Source: the human T2T-CHM13v2.0 reference genome, Homo sapiens. From it: a DNA stretch of 64,000 bases. Of the stretch, positions 52,331 to 64,000 are shown piece after piece. Both the position numbers and the translations under genes were made by a program. Within the stretch, counting starts at the first letter, position 1. Each line of letters begins with the position of its first letter. Where the stretch lies: NCBI RefSeq assembly GCF_009914755.1, contig NC_060926.1, one strand, 5' to 3'. Below the pieces are notes generated by a model. It was not told the origin of the DNA. It saw only the letters and a list, made by a program, of their open reading frames with translations, and ran no database searches.

Positions 52331-52333
52331 ACT

Positions 52334-54995
<2,662 letters not shown>

Positions 54996-55139
54996 CAAAA
55001 AAAATATTAAAGAAAGAACGAAATTGGTAATCACAGCGCATCTCAAGGCAGGGAAACTAAAGGGCTGAGGCCAGATGGAAAATGTACTTATCACTGTGCT
55101 TATAAATAAAATATTTACATTTTAAAACAAACAAACAAA

Positions 55140-56600
55140 AAGTCCGCGCGGTCCTAGGTGAATCTGGCCGAGGCTTCTGCGTCAAGGACGGCGCGGGTCA
55201 GCTGAGGCCAAGACCGCAGGCACTGCCCTACCGCTCTCCAGATCACAGCTCCGCCTCTGCAAGGCCCCGGGGAAACGGGCATCCCTTCTTCAGTGAGCAA
55301 AGGAGAAAGACGGAGCCCGGTGGCTGGGTGTTTCGCCCAGGATCACCAGCGAGCTCAGAGTCCTCCCCACGACCGCCCCAGGGTGGGCATTTTTAAAAGC
55401 GGAGGAAGGGAGGGAACACACTCTTTGGTGCTGTGCCCACCTTGCCTCGCACAGAGCGGGCGCTCACAGGCTTTGGGGGCCCCGCCCGGACCGCAGTGGG
55501 GAGAGGCCGCCCCATGCCCCGCCCCGCCAAATTTAAGAGCCTTCGCCGAGCGCCAGGAGGTTCCCAGACAACCGGTCTTGCTCGCTGCCTTTTGCAGAAT
55601 CTTCTCACTTCTCCCGAGCTCCCTTCCTTGCGTCCGTCCGGGCAACGGCCGCGTCATGCCTAGCCCCAGGCCGCGAGGCAGCCCGCCACCCGCTCCCTCG
55701 GGCTCTCGGGTCCGACCTCCGCGCTCTGGCCGCTCTCCGGCGCCCAGGTCCCCTACTGGCCCGAACACGCCCCGCGCTCCCGGACGCTTCGAGTCCCCTT
55801 TCTCGGTCGAGGCCATCCTGGCGAGGCCCGACCCCTGCGCGCCGGCGGCCTCCCAGCCGTCGGGCTCCGCCTGCGTCCACCCGGCCTTCTGGACCGCTGC
55901 TTCCCTGTGCGCCACCGGGGGTCTGCCCTGGGCTTGCCCGACATCGTGGCTGCCCGCCTACCTGAGCGTAGGTTTTTACCCTGTGCCAGGGCCGCGCGTG
56001 GCTCCCGTCTGCGGCCTGCTGGGCTTCGGCGTCACAGGTACTGCGGTCCCGGCGCCCGCACGCGGGGGACTGGGCGGGGGCTGGAGAGCCTAGGTCGCCA
56101 CTGCCGGCGCCCCAGTGCAGGAGAGGGCACTGAGTGTGAGAATCACACACGGCTGGAGTGGGAAGGGGCTCTGCCACCGTTTACCTTGCAGTTGAAGCCG
56201 AGGACCGCGACAGTCTTGCTGAAAAAGACCCCGGCGCGAGGCTTCCCCCGCACGCTGCTGAGGTGGGAGAGGGTGGGTGTGAGGGCGGCGCAGCGCCTGA
56301 ATGCGGTGGGCAGGAGGCCAGCGCTGGGGCTGCAAGGGGACCCAGCCCTGCTCCCGGTCTCCGCGTCCCTTGACTCCCTCGCACACCCCGGGGTAGCGCT
56401 TAGTGACAGAGACGCTTCCCAAAGCGGCTCTCGACCCGAACCAATGGCCCTGTTTTTTTTTTTTACGGGGTAGGGGGAAGTGGACGCTCCGGGCGGTGCT
56501 GTTGAGCGAGGAGCTGTTAGGAGCTGGTCAAGGCTCACACCCCACTACCGCCTCCACTGCTCACGTCTGTGAACTTGAGCTACACACTTCGCTCTGAGCC
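55140..56600. promoter_or_regulatory. NOTO: NOTO promoter/exon-1 CpG island with GC boxes (about 55517-55528) and TATA-like TTTAAGA (55532-55538)
   Basis: High GC and CpG density in unique sequence spanning the start codon; ccccgccccgccaaatttaagag about 120 bp upstream of the ATG. Confidence 0.85.
55656..56037 (+). CDS. NOTO: NOTO coding exon 1 (MPSPRPRGSPP...GFGVT), Pro-rich N-terminus with eh1 motif FSVEAIL (55800-55820)
   Basis: ATG at 55656 inside a CpG island; donor ACAG|gtactg at 56037/56038; 382 nt (phase 1), joins exon 2 in frame; peptide recognised as human NOTO N-terminus. Confidence 0.96.
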
Positions 56601-56671
56601 TGCGTGCATGCAATGCTCTTAAGTAGTGCTTAAGGGCCAGGCACTTAAATCTCATGAGAAAGTAATTGTAA

Positions 56672-62217
<5,546 letters not shown>

Positions 62218-62239
62218 TCAATATAATCAATATTTCTTT

Positions 62240-63605
62240 GACCCCTATATTCCTCTCTAGCTATTATATAATTTCTCTGCTCCTTTTACAGGCAAACTTC
62301 TCAACAACTTGCCATGTTCACTTTGTCCGTGTCCTCGCCTCCCACTCACTGCTTCACACATTCCAACATGACTTTTCCCTACCATTCCATCAAAACTTCT
62401 CAGCAAGGTCTCTAATAACCTCCATGTTGCCAGAGCCAACAATATGACACTTTCCTTTCTTCAGCTCAGTCCACCACTCAGCAGCTCTTAGTACTGGACA
62501 GTCAGCCACCCCATCCCTTATTGAAACATGTTCCTCATAGCCTCCAGACACCATGCTGTCTAGTTTTCCTCCCAGCTCTGCCTCCTTGGCAGGCTACTCT
62601 TCCCTTGGGGACCTCGAAATCTCTTCCCAGCTGGTCTCATCTATTCCCGTGGCTTAAAATACCATCTATAAGCCAATGACTCCCAAATTTGTATCCTCAG
62701 CACAACCATCTCATCTGACTTATATCTCTAACTACCTTCTTGGTGATTCCACTTAGATGTCTCATGGGCACATATCTCAAACCCAAGTCTAAACCTCAAT
62801 TCCTGACTTTTTTCTTGCCCAAATATGTTCCTTTCCCATATATGACCCCACCGTCCACCTGGTTACTCAAAAACCCAATCATCCTAGATTCCTCCTTCTC
62901 CTCCGCTTCCAACCATCATTGAGCCTTGTCATCTCTACCTCCAAAATACAGCTGGAGTGGCTTCACTTCTCTCTGTCACCCCTAATGTACGCCCCAGCTC
63001 TCCCGGGGCCGCTGCAGTAGCCTCCCTCCTGTCTTCCTGCTTCTGCTGCCATCCATGCTTCACACAGCAGCTAGGTGCACAGTGCACTTCAGATGTAAAT
63101 AGGATTATGTGGGCCCACGTAAAAGCCTCATGGGTGACATTCCTTATCTATGGCCTTCCAGGTCCTGGGTGATCTGGCACCCGCTGACCTCTCCCATTTC
63201 CCTCCCTTGACTTTCTCCTCTCACTGTCATCCGTGCTCTCCTCCTTCCTGGTCCTCAAACACTCCAAGCTTGGTTCCATTTCAGAGCCTTCCTACAGGTT
63301 GTTCCCTGCCCTGCAGACCTGCTCTTCTCTGTCCCCATCAGGTGGGCCTCTCTCTCTTTGAGCCTCAGCTTTAATGCTGGCTCCTTAGGGAGGCCTCCTC
63401 TGCCCAAACCCCTGTTTGTACCCCCTTTTGTGTTTACATAGCTCTTTGTTTGTTTACATGTTTCTTGCCAGTGTTTCTTCACTAGCTCATGAGCTCCACG
63501 AGGGCAGGCAGCTTGCCTCTGTTGCTCACCACTGTATCAGCATCACCTAGGATGGTGCTTAGCACATACTGGAAACTCAGTAAATACTCAGATGAATGAA
63601 TGGTG
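62240..63605 (+). mobile_element. L2 element in NOTO intron 2, including its 3' end
   Basis: L2 terminus gagctccacgagggcagg...gcttagcacat...taaatactcagatgaatgaatg. Confidence 0.75.
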
Positions 63606-63759
63606 TCTGGAATTGTAGAAAGGGGTGTTTTGGAGGAGGTACCTCCCTGAGAAGGAAGAGCAAATATTGGCCAGGCAGAGAGGGGTGTTCACTCCAGGAA
63701 TTAGGAAGCAGTGGGACCTGATGGTCACATTCTGATCTCTGCCCACTCTCCAATTATAG

Positions 63760-63918
63760 GTGAGAGTCTGGTTCCAGAACCGCAGGGTCAAGTATCAGAA
63801 GCAGCAAAAGCTGAGGGCAGCAGTTACATCTGCCGAGGCTGCCTCCCTGGATGAGCCTTCCAGCAGCTCCATCGCCAGTATCCAGAGTGATGATGCCGAG
63901 TCAGGAGTGGACGGCTGA
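63760..63918 (+). CDS. NOTO: NOTO coding exon 3 (VRVWFQNRRVKYQKQ...ESGVDG*), recognition helix and C-terminus
   Basis: Acceptor caattatag| at 63759; WFQNRR; stop TGA 63916-63918; total CDS 382+215+159=756 nt = 251 aa; intron between homeodomain residues 44 and 45. Confidence 0.97.
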   Translation: MRVWFQNRRVKYQKQQKLRAAVTSAEAASLDEPSSSSIASIQSDDAESGVDG

Positions 63919-64000
63919 AGACTGGGACAGAGGCCCTAGCCAGGCTGCCTGGACTAGTTCCTCCTGGGGGTACCCACTGGAGCTCCCTGCCTCACACCTC
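63919..64000 (+). other. NOTO: Start of NOTO 3' UTR (continues beyond window)
   Basis: Follows the stop codon; no poly(A) signal within the window. Confidence 0.85.

Noticed and set aside
55293-56093. 266-aa ORF from the track taken as the full protein
   Set aside because: Starts at GTG upstream of the likely TSS and reads through the exon-1 donor; the true CDS starts at ATG 55656 and splices at 56037
55355-56538. Long antisense and alternate-frame ORFs over NOTO exon 1
   Set aside because: Expected from stop-codon scarcity in a GC-rich island; no recognisable domains

Overview
Human (primate) genomic DNA, very Alu-rich. The only supportable protein-coding gene is NOTO (notochord homeobox), on the + strand: three coding exons (55656-56037, 61389-61603, 63760-63918) splice in frame to a 251-aa protein with an eh1 motif and a Q50 homeodomain. 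From recall, this places the window on chr2p13, between RAB11FIP5 and SMYD5 and near EMX1. The ~55 kb upstream is intergenic: dozens of Alus, old L1/L2/MIR/MLT/MER fragments, a 5'-truncated L1PA, a decayed ERVL provirus, and several non-repetitive islands that look like developmental cis-regulatory elements (around 9.7-10.3, 19.2, 23.7-24.2, 28.3-30.7 and 44.8 kb). Nearly all other ORFs in the track are Alu, simple-repeat or GC-rich artefacts. I found no convincing new biological system. The most useful observations are candidate enhancers and CTCF sites, splicing-related oddities in NOTO (duplicated branch point, regenerated 5' splice site, overlapping uORF, inverted Alus around exon 2) and traces of templated insertions and repeated retrotransposon targeting. 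Repeat boundaries and subfamily names were assigned by eye and are approximate.
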